A stretch of 33,747 nt of DNA from NCBI GenBank assembly GCA_963769025.1, contig CAVYKI010000007.1, forward strand, positions 1 through 33,747. The letters are read 5' to 3'. Position 1 is the first letter of the stretch. Every line of letters begins with the position of its first letter. The stretch comes from an uncultured Verrucomicrobiae bacterium (GTDB lineage Bacteria > Verrucomicrobiota > Verrucomicrobiia > Chthoniobacterales > Chthoniobacteraceae). A program made the position numbers and the translations under genes. The notes under the pieces are model-generated. The model did not search any database, was not told the DNA's origin, and saw only the letters and a list, made by a program, of their open reading frames with translations. Shown piece by piece: positions 11,331-20,530 of the stretch.

Positions 11331-12908
11331 CTACTTTCGCGCCGCAGTCCGGCCTGCCGGCGCGCCGCGCGGGGAGATCTTCGCCTTGCGCGAGAAGCCG
11401 TCTTCGAGGACGCGCAGCTCCACTTCCACGGCACCGCCGGGGAAGGCGCGGATCACTTCCTCCACCTCGGGCTGCTCGCCACCGCGCTGGACCGGCACGG
11501 CGGAGAGGTCGTCGGTGTCGCGCAGGCGCTTGTCGAAGGGAAAGCGGAGGTCATCCCAGAGCGAGAGGTTTCCCTCCGGGCGGCCGGCCTGGATGCGCGC
11601 GCATTCGAAAAAGCGGAAGTGGCCGACATTGTGCCGCGGCGTGTAGCGGCGCCGGATCTCGAGCGGCGGCGAGCCCGCGGGCGGCAGCGGTGTGTCCTTC
11701 GCGAGCAGCACATCGCAGGAGACTTCGCGTCCCGCCTCGATTTCGCGGAAGACGCCGATGTGGCGCGTGAGCTTCTCCTTGATGCGCCGCGAGCCGCCTT
11801 CCGAAAGGTGGATGGCGAGGCCGATGGCGATCGACCCGAACGGATGCGGCGACCGGTGGACGCGATGCTGCCCGAAGCGTTCGCGCAGCGTGCGGTACAC
11901 CGGCGGAAAGCTGCTCTGTCCGCCCACCACATAGATGCCGGCCAGATCGCCTTCGTCCACGCCGGCGCCGTCATGGGCGTCGCCCAGCGCATCGTCCATC
12001 GAGGCAAGGCTGGCCTGGATGAGCGGGCCGCACTCGGCATAGACCGCCTCCGCCTGGAGCACCACCGTCTCGGGAATTCCGCCGCCCTCCCCGAGTTCGG
12101 GCGCGGCAGCGACGGCGTGTGCGAGGTCGATCATGAGCTTGCGGGTGTTCGGGCTCACGGCCTCCTTTTGCGTCCGGCACTCTTCGAGCAGGATTTCGCG
12201 GAATAGCGGCGACATCTGCGCATCGATGATGCCCGCCTTCTCCAGCGTCAGCTGGTAAATCACATTGTCGAAATCGTCGCCGCCCAGCCGCGAGATGCCG
12301 GCCGAGCCGACGACCTCCCCTCCTTGGTCGTCGAGCCGCAGCACGGACGCGTCGAACGTTCCGCCCCCGAGATCGTAAACGAGCACGTGCTCGCGCTGGC
12401 CGGAGAGCGAGCGCTTTTGGCGATGCGCGTACTCGCAGGCGGCGGCCGAGGGTTCGTTCAGCAGGCGCACCACATCAAAGCCGGCGGCGCGGAAGGCATC
12501 GACCGTGAGCAGGCGCTGGCCGCTCGACGAGTTCGCCGGAACGCTGATGGCGGCCTCGATCACCTTTGTCGCGGCGCGCCCGGCGTGGCTGCAGATGACT
12601 TCGCGGACGTGCGAGAGGAAGCCCGCGAGGAGTTCGCTGAGCAGGAAAGTGCGGCCGGCGAGTTCCACCGTGGTCAGCGGTCCCGCGCCGTGGAGCAGGC
12701 GCTTCAGCGAGCGCAGGCAGTGCCAGCCCGGCTCATGCGCCGCGCTGACCGCAGCGGCTTCCCGTCCGTAAACGATGCGGCCATCCGCATGCGCGGCGAC
12801 GAGCGAAGGGCAGACGTCGTGTTCGCCGAGCGGGATCACGGGAAAATTCCCGCGATCGACGAGCGCTGCGACCGTGTGGGTGGTTCCGAAATCGATGCCG
12901 ATGCGCAT
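11331..12908 (-). CDS. Hsp70-family protein (atypical, not canonical DnaK)
   Basis: IGIDFGTT, LLNEPSAAA, VYDLGGGTFDAS, LGGDDFD, VVGGQSSFP. 525 aa with a divergent C-terminus. Confidence 0.9.
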   Translation of the reverse strand: MRIGIDFGTTHTVAALVDRGNFPVIPLGEHDVCPSLVAAHADGRIVYGREAAAVSAAHEPGWHCLRSLKRLLHGAGPLTTVELAGRTFLLSELLAGFLSHVREVICSHAGRAATKVIEAAISVPANSSSGQRLLTVDAFRAAGFDVVRLLNEPSAAACEYAHRQKRSLSGQREHVLVYDLGGGTFDASVLRLDDQGGEVVGSAGISRLGGDDFDNVIYQLTLEKAGIIDAQMSPLFREILLEECRTQKEAVSPNTRKLMIDLAHAVAAAPELGEGGGIPETVVLQAEAVYAECGPLIQASLASMDDALGDAHDGAGVDEGDLAGIYVVGGQSSFPPVYRTLRERFGQHRVHRSPHPFGSIAIGLAIHLSEGGSRRIKEKLTRHIGVFREIEAGREVSCDVLLAKDTPLPPAGSPPLEIRRRYTPRHNVGHFRFFECARIQAGRPEGNLSLWDDLRFPFDKRLRDTDDLSAVPVQRGGEQPEVEEVIRAFPGGAVEVELRVLEDGFSRKAKISPRGAPAGRTAARK

Positions 12909-13177
12909 GGGAAAGACCTAGCTCGCAGCCAACGGCGCTCCGTGTTGCACGGTGAACATCGCACGAAGGACGTGAAACCGCCGGGAGCGGGTTCGCGTTG
13001 GATTCCATCCGGCAGCGTGCCCGGAAAAAAGGTCGGTCTGAGAAAGTTTCATGCGCGCGATTTGTTGTGCTTGAGCATGTCCGCGCGGTCTGCGTTGCCA
13101 AGTATTCTTTGCCCGCCGGTGTGTGCGGAAGCGGGCGGGAGCGGCTTGCGCAGGCGACGAAATCACGATGTGCTCGC

Positions 13178-15514
13178 GTGGTGCCCCCCTCTTGGAAATC
13201 CATTGCCGCGATCGTGATCGCCGGGCTGCTCCGCCCGGCGGAGGCGGTGGACTTTGAAAAGGAAATCTGGCCGGTGCTCCGCGAGCGGTGTGTGGAGTGC
13301 CATGGGGCGAAGAAGCAGAAGGGCGGGCTCCGGCTCGATGGGCGCGAGTACGCATTTCACGGTGGCGAAAACGGTGCCGTCATCGCGGCGGGAAGGCCGG
13401 AGAAGAGCGCGCTGCTCGATCGGATCGAAAGCACGGACGAGGACGAGAGGATGCCGCCGACCGGTGAACGGCTCACGCCGAAGCAGGTGTCGCTCATGCG
13501 CGCGTGGATGGCCGCGGGCGCGGAGTGGCCTGGGCATGTGGGCGTGAAGCGCGAAGATCCTGCGAAGACGCATTGGGCATTCCAGCCCGTGCGCCGGCCC
13601 GAGGTGCCGCCGGGCGTGAATGGGATCGATCATTTCATTGCCGTCGGCCTCGCGAAGCTCGGTCTGAAGCCCGGCACCGAGGCCGGCCGGCGCACGTTGA
13701 TCCGGCGTGTGACGCTCGATCTCACCGGGCTGCCGCCGTCGCCGGAGGACGTGGAGCGATTCGTCGGAGAGAGCGATCCCCGCGCTTATGAAAAGCTGGT
13801 CGATCGGCTGCTCGCGTCGCCGCAATACGGCGAGCGGCAGGCGCGGCATTGGCTCGACGTGGCGCGCTTTTCCGAGAGCGATGGCTTTGAGGAGGACATG
13901 CAGCGGAAGCAGGCGTGGACGTACCGCGACTACGTCATCCAGGCGTTCAACGACGACACGCCTTACGATCAATTTGTCCGCGAACAGATCGCGGGCGATG
14001 TGCTGCAGCCGGTGACGCCGCGCGGGATCGCGGCGACGGGTTTTCTGGTCGCCGGGTCGTGGGATGCGCTGGCGCGGGTCACGCCGAGCAAGCTGGGCCG
14101 CCTCCAGTCGCGCGAGGAGCAGCTCGAGGAAATGGTGGGGGCCGTCGGCCAGACCTTTCTCGGGCTCACCGTGCAATGCGCGCGATGCCACGATCACAAG
14201 TTCGATCCGATTCCGCAGGTGGATTACTATCGCATGAAGTCCGTGCTCGAAGGCGTGGACCACGGGCATTTGCCAAAGAAGCATGGCATGCGCAGGATGC
14301 TCGGCGAGCGTGAGGATGCGGAGTGGCAGGCGGCGACGAAGCCGCTTCGCGAAACCATCGCGGCGTGTGAAAAGCGGATGGCGGAACTGGACAGGGAGAT
14401 CAAGGCGAGCGACGCCAAACCCGAGGTGAAAGCGGCGCTCGCGGCGGAGCGAAAGGAGATCGAGGCCGAGCGCGACAAGTCGAAGGGGGAGATGGATGCG
14501 AGATTTTCCGTGACACTCGCATTCACGGGAGATCGCGAGCAGCCAAAGCCGACCGTGATTTTCGTCCGTGGCGACATCAGGCAGCCCGGTGAAGTCGTGG
14601 CTCCCGGCGCGCTGTCCGCGGTGCGCGAGCCGCAGCCGGAATGGGGCCTCGCGCCGGATGCGCCGGAGGGCGAGCGGCGGGTCCGCTTCGCTCGCTGGGT
14701 GACGCGGCCGGAGAATCCGTTCACCGCACGGGTGATGGTGAATCGCCTGTGGCAGCAGCATTTTGGTACCGGGCTCGTGGATACGCCGAGCGACTTCGGC
14801 GTGAACGGCGGCCGGCCTTCGCATCCCGGGCTGCTCGACTGGCTCGCGGGGGAATTCGTCGCGCGCGGCTGGAGCGTGAAGGCCATGCACCGGCTCATCG
14901 TGACGAGCGCCACGTACCGTCAGAGCGCGGGCACCGATGGGCGTGCGTCCGGCCCGGCGTCGATGGATTCCGACAACCGGCTGCTGTGGCATTTTCCCTC
15001 GCGGCGACTCGAGGGCGAGGTCGTGCGCGATGCGATGCTGGCGATGAGCGGCGACCTGAATCCGCGGATGGGCGGCCCGAGCTTTGCACCGTTCACCGTC
15101 ACGCAGCTCAACACGTATTTTTACCACCTCTTCGACAAGGACGAGCCGGAGTTCAACCGGCGGAGCATCTACCGCATCCACGTGATGACTGCGCGCAGTC
15201 CGTTCCTCGACGCGCTCGATTGCCCGTCGCCCGCCGTGAACACGCCGAGCCGTCGCGCGACCACCACGCCGCTGCAGGCGCTGGCGCTGATGAATGACAC
15301 CTTCGCCGTGCGGCAGGCGGCGAAGCTCGCAAACCGCATCGCCTCGGCAACGCCCGAAGTCGCAGCGCAGATCGTCCGCGCGTTTGAGATCGTCTTCTCC
15401 CGTCCGCCGCAGCCGGCCGAGGCCGCCGCGTGCGAGAAAGTGGCGCGCGAACACGGGCTGGCGACCGTCTGCTGGGCGCTGCTCAACTCCAGCGAATTCC
15501 TCTACCTCCCATGA
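13178..15514 (+). CDS. Planctomycete cytochrome c / DUF1549 (PSCyt2) / DUF1553 (PSD1) protein
   Basis: [113 protein letters not shown]. Start uncertain; GTG at 13178 precedes a signal-like segment. Confidence 0.9.
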   Translation: MVPPSWKSIAAIVIAGLLRPAEAVDFEKEIWPVLRERCVECHGAKKQKGGLRLDGREYAFHGGENGAVIAAGRPEKSALLDRIESTDEDERMPPTGERLTPKQVSLMRAWMAAGAEWPGHVGVKREDPAKTHWAFQPVRRPEVPPGVNGIDHFIAVGLAKLGLKPGTEAGRRTLIRRVTLDLTGLPPSPEDVERFVGESDPRAYEKLVDRLLASPQYGERQARHWLDVARFSESDGFEEDMQRKQAWTYRDYVIQAFNDDTPYDQFVREQIAGDVLQPVTPRGIAATGFLVAGSWDALARVTPSKLGRLQSREEQLEEMVGAVGQTFLGLTVQCARCHDHKFDPIPQVDYYRMKSVLEGVDHGHLPKKHGMRRMLGEREDAEWQAATKPLRETIAACEKRMAELDREIKASDAKPEVKAALAAERKEIEAERDKSKGEMDARFSVTLAFTGDREQPKPTVIFVRGDIRQPGEVVAPGALSAVREPQPEWGLAPDAPEGERRVRFARWVTRPENPFTARVMVNRLWQQHFGTGLVDTPSDFGVNGGRPSHPGLLDWLAGEFVARGWSVKAMHRLIVTSATYRQSAGTDGRASGPASMDSDNRLLWHFPSRRLEGEVVRDAMLAMSGDLNPRMGGPSFAPFTVTQLNTYFYHLFDKDEPEFNRRSIYRIHVMTARSPFLDALDCPSPAVNTPSRRATTTPLQALALMNDTFAVRQAAKLANRIASATPEVAAQIVRAFEIVFSRPPQPAEAAACEKVAREHGLATVCWALLNSSEFLYLP

Positions 15515-16944
15515 ACACGCACGGCATGCCTTCCGGCGCGCACGCGCTGCTCGACCGGCGCAGATTTCTCGGCCAGACGGCCACGGGCCTCGGCGCGGCG
15601 GCGTTTGCGTGGCTTCTGAATCGCGACCAGGCGCAGGCGGCGGTCGCGCGCGGGCCGCATTTTCCGCCACGGGCGAAACGGGTGATCCACATTTTCTCGC
15701 CCGGCGGTGTGAGCCACGTGGAGACGTTTGATTTCAAGCCCGAGTTGGAGCGGCGCGACGGGCAGCAGTTGTCGGGCAAGGGCGAACTGGACACGTTTTT
15801 CGGCAAGCCCGGCGTGCTGCGGAAAAGCGCGTACGGCTTTCGCCGGCACGGGCAGTGCGGCGCGTGGGTGAGCGATCTTTTTCCGCATCTCGCGACTTGC
15901 GTGGACGACATCGCGTTCGTCCATTCGATGGTCGCGAAGAGCCCGGCGCACCAGCCGGCGTGCTACCAGATGAACACCGGATTCACGCTCGCGGGCTTTC
16001 CGAGCATGGGCGCGTGGCTGTCGTACGGGCTCGGCTCGGAGAGCGATGAATTGCCCGCGTTCGTCGTGCTGCCCGACCCGCGCGGGCTGGTGAACGGCGG
16101 GACGGCGAACTGGAGCAACGGCTTTCTGCCGGCCGAGCATCAGGGCACGACGTTCAACATGGGTGCCGCCGATCCCGTGGCGAATCTCGCGACGCCGCCG
16201 GAAATCCGGCCCGCTGCGCGCGAGGCGGGGATGCAATTGCTCGCACAGCTCAACGGCGAATACGCCGTGAAAAATCCCGGCGACTCGTCGCTTCACGCGC
16301 GCCTGCGCGCCTACGAACTCGCGGCGCGGATGCAGGCCAGCATCCCGGAGGCGCTCGATTTTCGCAGCGAATCCGAGGCGACGCGGCGGCTCTACGGGCT
16401 CGACAATCCGGTCGTCGGGCCGTCGGCAAAAAATTTCCTGATGGCCCGCCGGCTCATCGAGCGCGGCGTGCGTTTCGTGCAGGTGTACAACGGCGGCGCG
16501 CTGGGATCGCCGCGGATCAATTGGGACGGACACGAGGACGTGAAGGAGAATCACGACCGCCAGGCCCCGCTGCTCGACCAGCCGTGCGCCGCGCTGCTGA
16601 AGGACCTCAGGCAACGCGGCCTGCTCGCAGACACGCTGGTGGTCTGGTCGAGCGAATTCGGCCGCACGCCATTCGCGCAGGGCACCGGGCGCGGGCGCGA
16701 TCATCACCAGCACGGCTTCACCTGCTGGCTCGCCGGCGCGGGGGTGAAACCCGGAATCCGCCACGGCGAAACCGACGAGGTCGGCTACCGGCCGGTGTCG
16801 GACCCGGTGTCGGTCTATGATTTCCACGCCACGATCCTGCACCTGCTCGGCATCGACCACGAGCATCTGTCCTTTTACCACAATGGCATCAACCGGCGGC
16901 TGACGGATGTGCATGGCAAGGTGGTGAAAGCGCTGCTCGCGTAG
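15511..16944 (+). CDS. DUF1501 domain protein with Tat-like signal
   Basis: DRRRFLG twin-arginine motif, RAKRVIHIFSPGGVSHVETFD, ARRLIERGVRFVQ, WDGH, EFGRTP, GRDHH, DFHATILHLLGIDH, RLTDVHG. ATGA overlap with the PSD1 gene. Confidence 0.93.
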   Translation: MNTHGMPSGAHALLDRRRFLGQTATGLGAAAFAWLLNRDQAQAAVARGPHFPPRAKRVIHIFSPGGVSHVETFDFKPELERRDGQQLSGKGELDTFFGKPGVLRKSAYGFRRHGQCGAWVSDLFPHLATCVDDIAFVHSMVAKSPAHQPACYQMNTGFTLAGFPSMGAWLSYGLGSESDELPAFVVLPDPRGLVNGGTANWSNGFLPAEHQGTTFNMGAADPVANLATPPEIRPAAREAGMQLLAQLNGEYAVKNPGDSSLHARLRAYELAARMQASIPEALDFRSESEATRRLYGLDNPVVGPSAKNFLMARRLIERGVRFVQVYNGGALGSPRINWDGHEDVKENHDRQAPLLDQPCAALLKDLRQRGLLADTLVVWSSEFGRTPFAQGTGRGRDHHQHGFTCWLAGAGVKPGIRHGETDEVGYRPVSDPVSVYDFHATILHLLGIDHEHLSFYHNGINRRLTDVHGKVVKALLA

Positions 16945-17085
16945 AAGGGTTCCGGGCGCGGGTCCGTGCGAATCGTGGCATGCTCGCGCATGCAAATGCA
17001 GCGGGCTGCCGCGCCATCACGCGTGCTAAGGGGCGGGTGGGAATGTGGTTAAGTCTCCGACGACGCCACCCCGTCTTCGCCCCGA

Positions 17086-19038
17086 ATGAATGACAAACTG
17101 AAACTGATCCTCGCCGCGTGCATTGGCACCGGTGGTTTTGCCGCGGGGTATTTTGTCGGCGGCGGGAGCGGCGTGACGACGGGAAAGTCCGGTCGCGACG
17201 CAGCGGACTCCTCGGCATGTGGCGCGGGAGCGTCGGGCCGATCGGGCGATTCGTCGGCTGGCGGCAGCGGCGCGGGGGCTTCCGGGCAGTTTGCGAACCT
17301 GTCCGGTGCGACGGAGAAGGAGAGCCGGTTTTTCAGCGCGTTCCGCGAGCCGGATGATTTGAAGCGGACGCACGATCTCGTCGCGGCGGCGGCGGCACTT
17401 TCACTCGAGGAAATCCCGGGGCTCATCGCGCGCATCCGCACGATGCCGCCCGATGCGCGGGAACTGCTGATGCCATTCGCCATTTCCCGCTGGGCGCAAT
17501 TTGATCCGAAGGCGGCGGGCGACTATCTCGTGAGCCTCACCGACAAGAACGGGCGCGACAAGGCGATGCGCTACGTGATGGCGGCGTTCGTGGAGCAAAA
17601 CCTGGACGCGGCGAAGGCGTGGGTGACGGCGCTGCCGCCGGGGTATCACCGCTCGAATGCCGTGCAGAGCCTCATCGCCTCGCTCGCGAGGCGCGATCCG
17701 CAGCAGGCGCTGGCGCTGCTCCAGCAGATGCCGAATGACGCGCGCGGCGGCTCCGGCTACGACACGGTCTTCGGCGCGTGGGCGCAGACGGACGGGCATG
17801 GCGCGGCGCAGAAGGCGATGGATCTCCCGAAGGGTGCGAACCGCGACCGGGCGCTCCGCGCGGTGGCGTCGCGCTGGGCGGAGAACAGCCCGGCGGACGC
17901 GTTCGCGTGGGCGCACGGCATTTCCGAAAAATCGCAGCAGGCGCAGGCCGTTCAGGGCGTCCTGAACCAATGGGCGTCGATCGATCCGCAAGGCGCACGC
18001 TCGGCGGTGCTCGGGCTGGCCGAGGGCGACCTGCGGAACTCCGCGATCTCCACCTTGATCGGCCAGAACGCCGGGCGGGACCCGGACGGCGCGAAGGCGC
18101 TGCTGGCGGAACTGCCGGAGGGCAGCGCCCGGACGAACGGCGCCCGCGCGCTGATCGATTCGCTGGCTTCCGTGGACCCGAAGGCTGCTGCCGAACTGCT
18201 CGCTGAACTGCCGGCGGACCGGAGGAAAGGGGAAAGCGTGAGCAATGTGGCGATGCGGTTTGCGCGCACGGACATGTCGGCCTCGCTCGCGTGGGCGGAA
18301 TCGCTCCCGGGCGAGACGCAGAAATCCGCCTTTGCCGGAATCGCCTACACGTGGAGCCAGCAGGACCCGAAGGCGGCATTCGACTATTTCGCCAAGAACG
18401 AACTGATGAGCACGGACGGATTCATGGTGAACCAGGCGCTGCGCAACTGGGCGCAGAGCGATTCCAAGGAGGCGCTAGCGTGGGCGAATTCGCTGGCCGA
18501 CGGGAAGCTGAAGGATCGCGCCCTTTCCACGGTGATCGTCTCCATCGCGGACACCGACCCGCGCGGGGCGGCGAACATGATCAGCTCCCTTTCCTCAGGC
18601 TCTCAGAACGATGCGGCAGGAAACCTCGCCGCACGCTGGGCCAACACCGATCCCAACGCCGCCGCGCAATGGGCTGCCACGCTGCCTGAGGGCGACGCGC
18701 GCAGCAAAGTGACGCGAAACATCGTGGCCACCTGGGCGGAGCGCGACATCCCAAAGACGGTGGCGTGGCTCGAAAAGCTTCCCGCGGGAGTCTCGCGCGA
18801 TGCGGCGGTCGGCGAGTTTGCGCGGCAGGTGACGGAAAAGGATCCCGCGGGTGCCGCGGCGTGGGCGGGGACGATTTACGATGCAGGGGTCCGCGAAAAC
18901 GCCATGGAGCGCATTTACCGCCACTGGTCGCGGACGGATAAGCAGGGCGCGTTCGATTTCGTCGCCAATTCCCCCGTGCTCTCGGATCAGCTCAAGCAGC
19001 GCCTCCTCACGCCCGCGGCGGCGAAGGGAAAGCAGTAG
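17086..19038 (+). CDS. Membrane-anchored alpha-helical repeat protein (hypothetical)
   Basis: N-terminal hydrophobic helix and Gly/Ser linker, followed by many W-x3-DP-x-AA-x2-W-x3-LP-x-G-x2-R repeats. Confidence 0.85.
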   Translation: MNDKLKLILAACIGTGGFAAGYFVGGGSGVTTGKSGRDAADSSACGAGASGRSGDSSAGGSGAGASGQFANLSGATEKESRFFSAFREPDDLKRTHDLVAAAAALSLEEIPGLIARIRTMPPDARELLMPFAISRWAQFDPKAAGDYLVSLTDKNGRDKAMRYVMAAFVEQNLDAAKAWVTALPPGYHRSNAVQSLIASLARRDPQQALALLQQMPNDARGGSGYDTVFGAWAQTDGHGAAQKAMDLPKGANRDRALRAVASRWAENSPADAFAWAHGISEKSQQAQAVQGVLNQWASIDPQGARSAVLGLAEGDLRNSAISTLIGQNAGRDPDGAKALLAELPEGSARTNGARALIDSLASVDPKAAAELLAELPADRRKGESVSNVAMRFARTDMSASLAWAESLPGETQKSAFAGIAYTWSQQDPKAAFDYFAKNELMSTDGFMVNQALRNWAQSDSKEALAWANSLADGKLKDRALSTVIVSIADTDPRGAANMISSLSSGSQNDAAGNLAARWANTDPNAAAQWAATLPEGDARSKVTRNIVATWAERDIPKTVAWLEKLPAGVSRDAAVGEFARQVTEKDPAGAAAWAGTIYDAGVRENAMERIYRHWSRTDKQGAFDFVANSPVLSDQLKQRLLTPAAAKGKQ

Positions 19039-19085
19039 GCGGCGCGGAGGCTTGATTCGGCGGGGCGCGCGGGCAGTCTGCGAAA

Positions 19086-19634
19086 ATGGAAGGCTACTCC
19101 GACTTCATCGACCGACTGTTGCTCAATCCCGACATCCTCCGGAAGCTGACCCCGACGGAGCCGCTCAACTGGGATTTGCCGGGAAAAATCCGCGATGCCA
19201 GCGATGAAATCATCAGCGGCGGCAAGCCGATCGCGGACCCTAAGGTGTTCGCGCTCGTCCGCGGCGCCCTGCTGAACGCGGTGGACGCGCTCGACGCCGC
19301 ACACCGCATTTTCCAGGACGACTCCAGCGATCTCGGGAGCTACTGGCACGGCGTGATGCACCGGCGTGAGGGCGACTTCGACAACGCGCGATATTGGTTC
19401 CGCCGTGCCGGACGGCTGCTGATTTCCGACACGTTGCACGGAGCCGCCGCACAGGTGTCCCCGAACATGGCGAAGCAGAACTCGTGGGACGCCTACCTTC
19501 TCACGGGAATGTGCGAGCAGGCGAAATTCGGCGACATCGAAGCGATCCCGGAGTGCCTGCGCCTGCAGCGGATCGAGTTCGACGAGTTGCTGTCGTACTG
19601 CTGGCGGAAAAGTGTCCGTGTGGTGACACCGTAG
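19086..19634 (+). CDS. Conserved hypothetical protein
   Basis: 182-aa ORF with AHRIFQD...YWHGVMHRREGDFDNARYWFRR, a motif I recognise from an uncharacterised bacterial family. Confidence 0.8.
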   Translation: MEGYSDFIDRLLLNPDILRKLTPTEPLNWDLPGKIRDASDEIISGGKPIADPKVFALVRGALLNAVDALDAAHRIFQDDSSDLGSYWHGVMHRREGDFDNARYWFRRAGRLLISDTLHGAAAQVSPNMAKQNSWDAYLLTGMCEQAKFGDIEAIPECLRLQRIEFDELLSYCWRKSVRVVTP

Positions 19635-19725
19635 GCCGCGCCCAGGGCGTTCCGCGGCGCTTCCGAAAAATAGTCCTGATTTGTTTTTTGATCGGGCAGG
19701 GCGGCGAAAAAGGCGCTATATTGTC

Positions 19726-19745
19726 TGGCAGGATGATTTTTGCCA
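19726..19745. promoter_or_regulatory. Candidate upstream activator site (dyad TGGCA-N10-TGCCA)
   Basis: TGGCAggatgattttTGCCA lies about 130-150 bp upstream of the sigma-54 motif, with an AT-rich tract between them. Confidence 0.4.
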
Positions 19746-19876
19746 CGTTTGGAACTCGCGTCGGCACAGCTTGATGCCTCGGAAAGGCGCGGAAGATAGT
19801 TTTTTTATTTAATCGATTGAACAAAAAGGCTGGAAGGTGCGTCTTACCTTCCAGAAAAGAACAACCCATCTGAGCT

Positions 19877-19892
19877 TGGCACGCAGGTTGCT
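19877..19892 (+). promoter_or_regulatory. Sigma-54 (RpoN) -24/-12 promoter
   Basis: TGGCACGcaggTTGCT is an exact match to TGGCACG-N4-TTGCW, about 40 bp upstream of the ATG at 19934. Confidence 0.85.
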
Positions 19893-19933
19893 AAACTAGA
19901 ACTCGAACCAACCAACCACGCCTCAAACCAACC

Positions 19934-20113
19934 ATGAAAACCTCCTTCAACTCCAGCCGCCGCAAGAATCTGACCCTCGGTGACCTCGTCGTCGCTGTCA
20001 GCAGCGTCAGCCGGAACTCCAACGAAACCGCCGCGGCCGTCGCAGACCTTCTGGAAAGCGGACGCGTCCGCCTCACCAACAACGGTCGTATCATTCGCGC
20101 ACGGGTCGCGTAG
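19934..20113 (+). CDS. Small hypothetical protein, 59 aa (paralog 1; absent from ORF track)
   Basis: MKTSFNSSRRKNLTLGDLVVAVSSVSRNSNETAAAVADLLESGRVRLTNNGRIIRARVA. It aligns with the next ORF and has a C/A-rich leader. Confidence 0.85.
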   Translation: MKTSFNSSRRKNLTLGDLVVAVSSVSRNSNETAAAVADLLESGRVRLTNNGRIIRARVA

Positions 20114-20150
20114 TCGGCCTAAAGCCCAACCCTCCAACTCCCCAATCCCC

Positions 20151-20327
20151 ATGAAAAAGTCCCTTAAAATCGCCCATCGTAACTACACCCTCGGCGACCT
20201 CATTCTCGCCGTGAGCAACCAGAGCCGGAACAGCCGCGAAACCGTCGCCGCCGTCGCAGACCTGCTCGACACAGGCCGCGTCCGCCTCCAGGCGGGCAGC
20301 CGTGCGGTGCGCGCTCGCATCATCTGA
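20151..20327 (+). CDS. Small hypothetical protein, 58 aa (paralog 2)
   Basis: MKKSLKIAHRNYTLGDLILAVSNQSRNSRETVAAVADLLDTGRVRLQAGSRAVRARII. Shares TLGDL, SRNS-ET, AAVADLL and GRVRL with paralog 1. Confidence 0.85.
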   Translation: MKKSLKIAHRNYTLGDLILAVSNQSRNSRETVAAVADLLDTGRVRLQAGSRAVRARII

Positions 20328-20340
20328 CGCCACGTCGCTC

Positions 20341-20363
20341 CATCCGCCTCCTTCGCGCGGATG
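20341..20363 (+). terminator. Possible stem-loop after the small-protein pair
   Basis: CATCCGC-N9-GCGGATG just after the stop codon. No adjacent U-tract, so weak. Confidence 0.25.
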
Positions 20364-20530
20364 AGCAGCCGGAAAGTCGAAGTCACCATTTTTAAACGCC
20401 CCGCCGCGTGCGACACGCCACGGCGGGGTAAGTTTTTGCAGCGGAGAGGCAGCGTTGGGAGCGGGGGCAGTGCGGGGAAAGTGAACTTCGCAGTTGGAAC
20501 TCAGCGCCGGGATCGCCGATGCTCCGGGGA

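Noticed and set aside
16976..16993. TGGCATGCTCGCGCATGC as a sigma-54 promoter for the repeat protein
   Set aside because: No correctly spaced TTGC element.
19761..19778. Second sigma-54-like motif CGGCACAGCTTGATGC
   Set aside because: The GG-to-GC spacing is one base too long, and sigma-54 spacing is strict.
19980..20150. N-terminal extension of the 115-aa ORF 19980-20327
   Set aside because: It is an off-frame reading of paralog 1. The ATG at 20151 aligns with the start of paralog 1.
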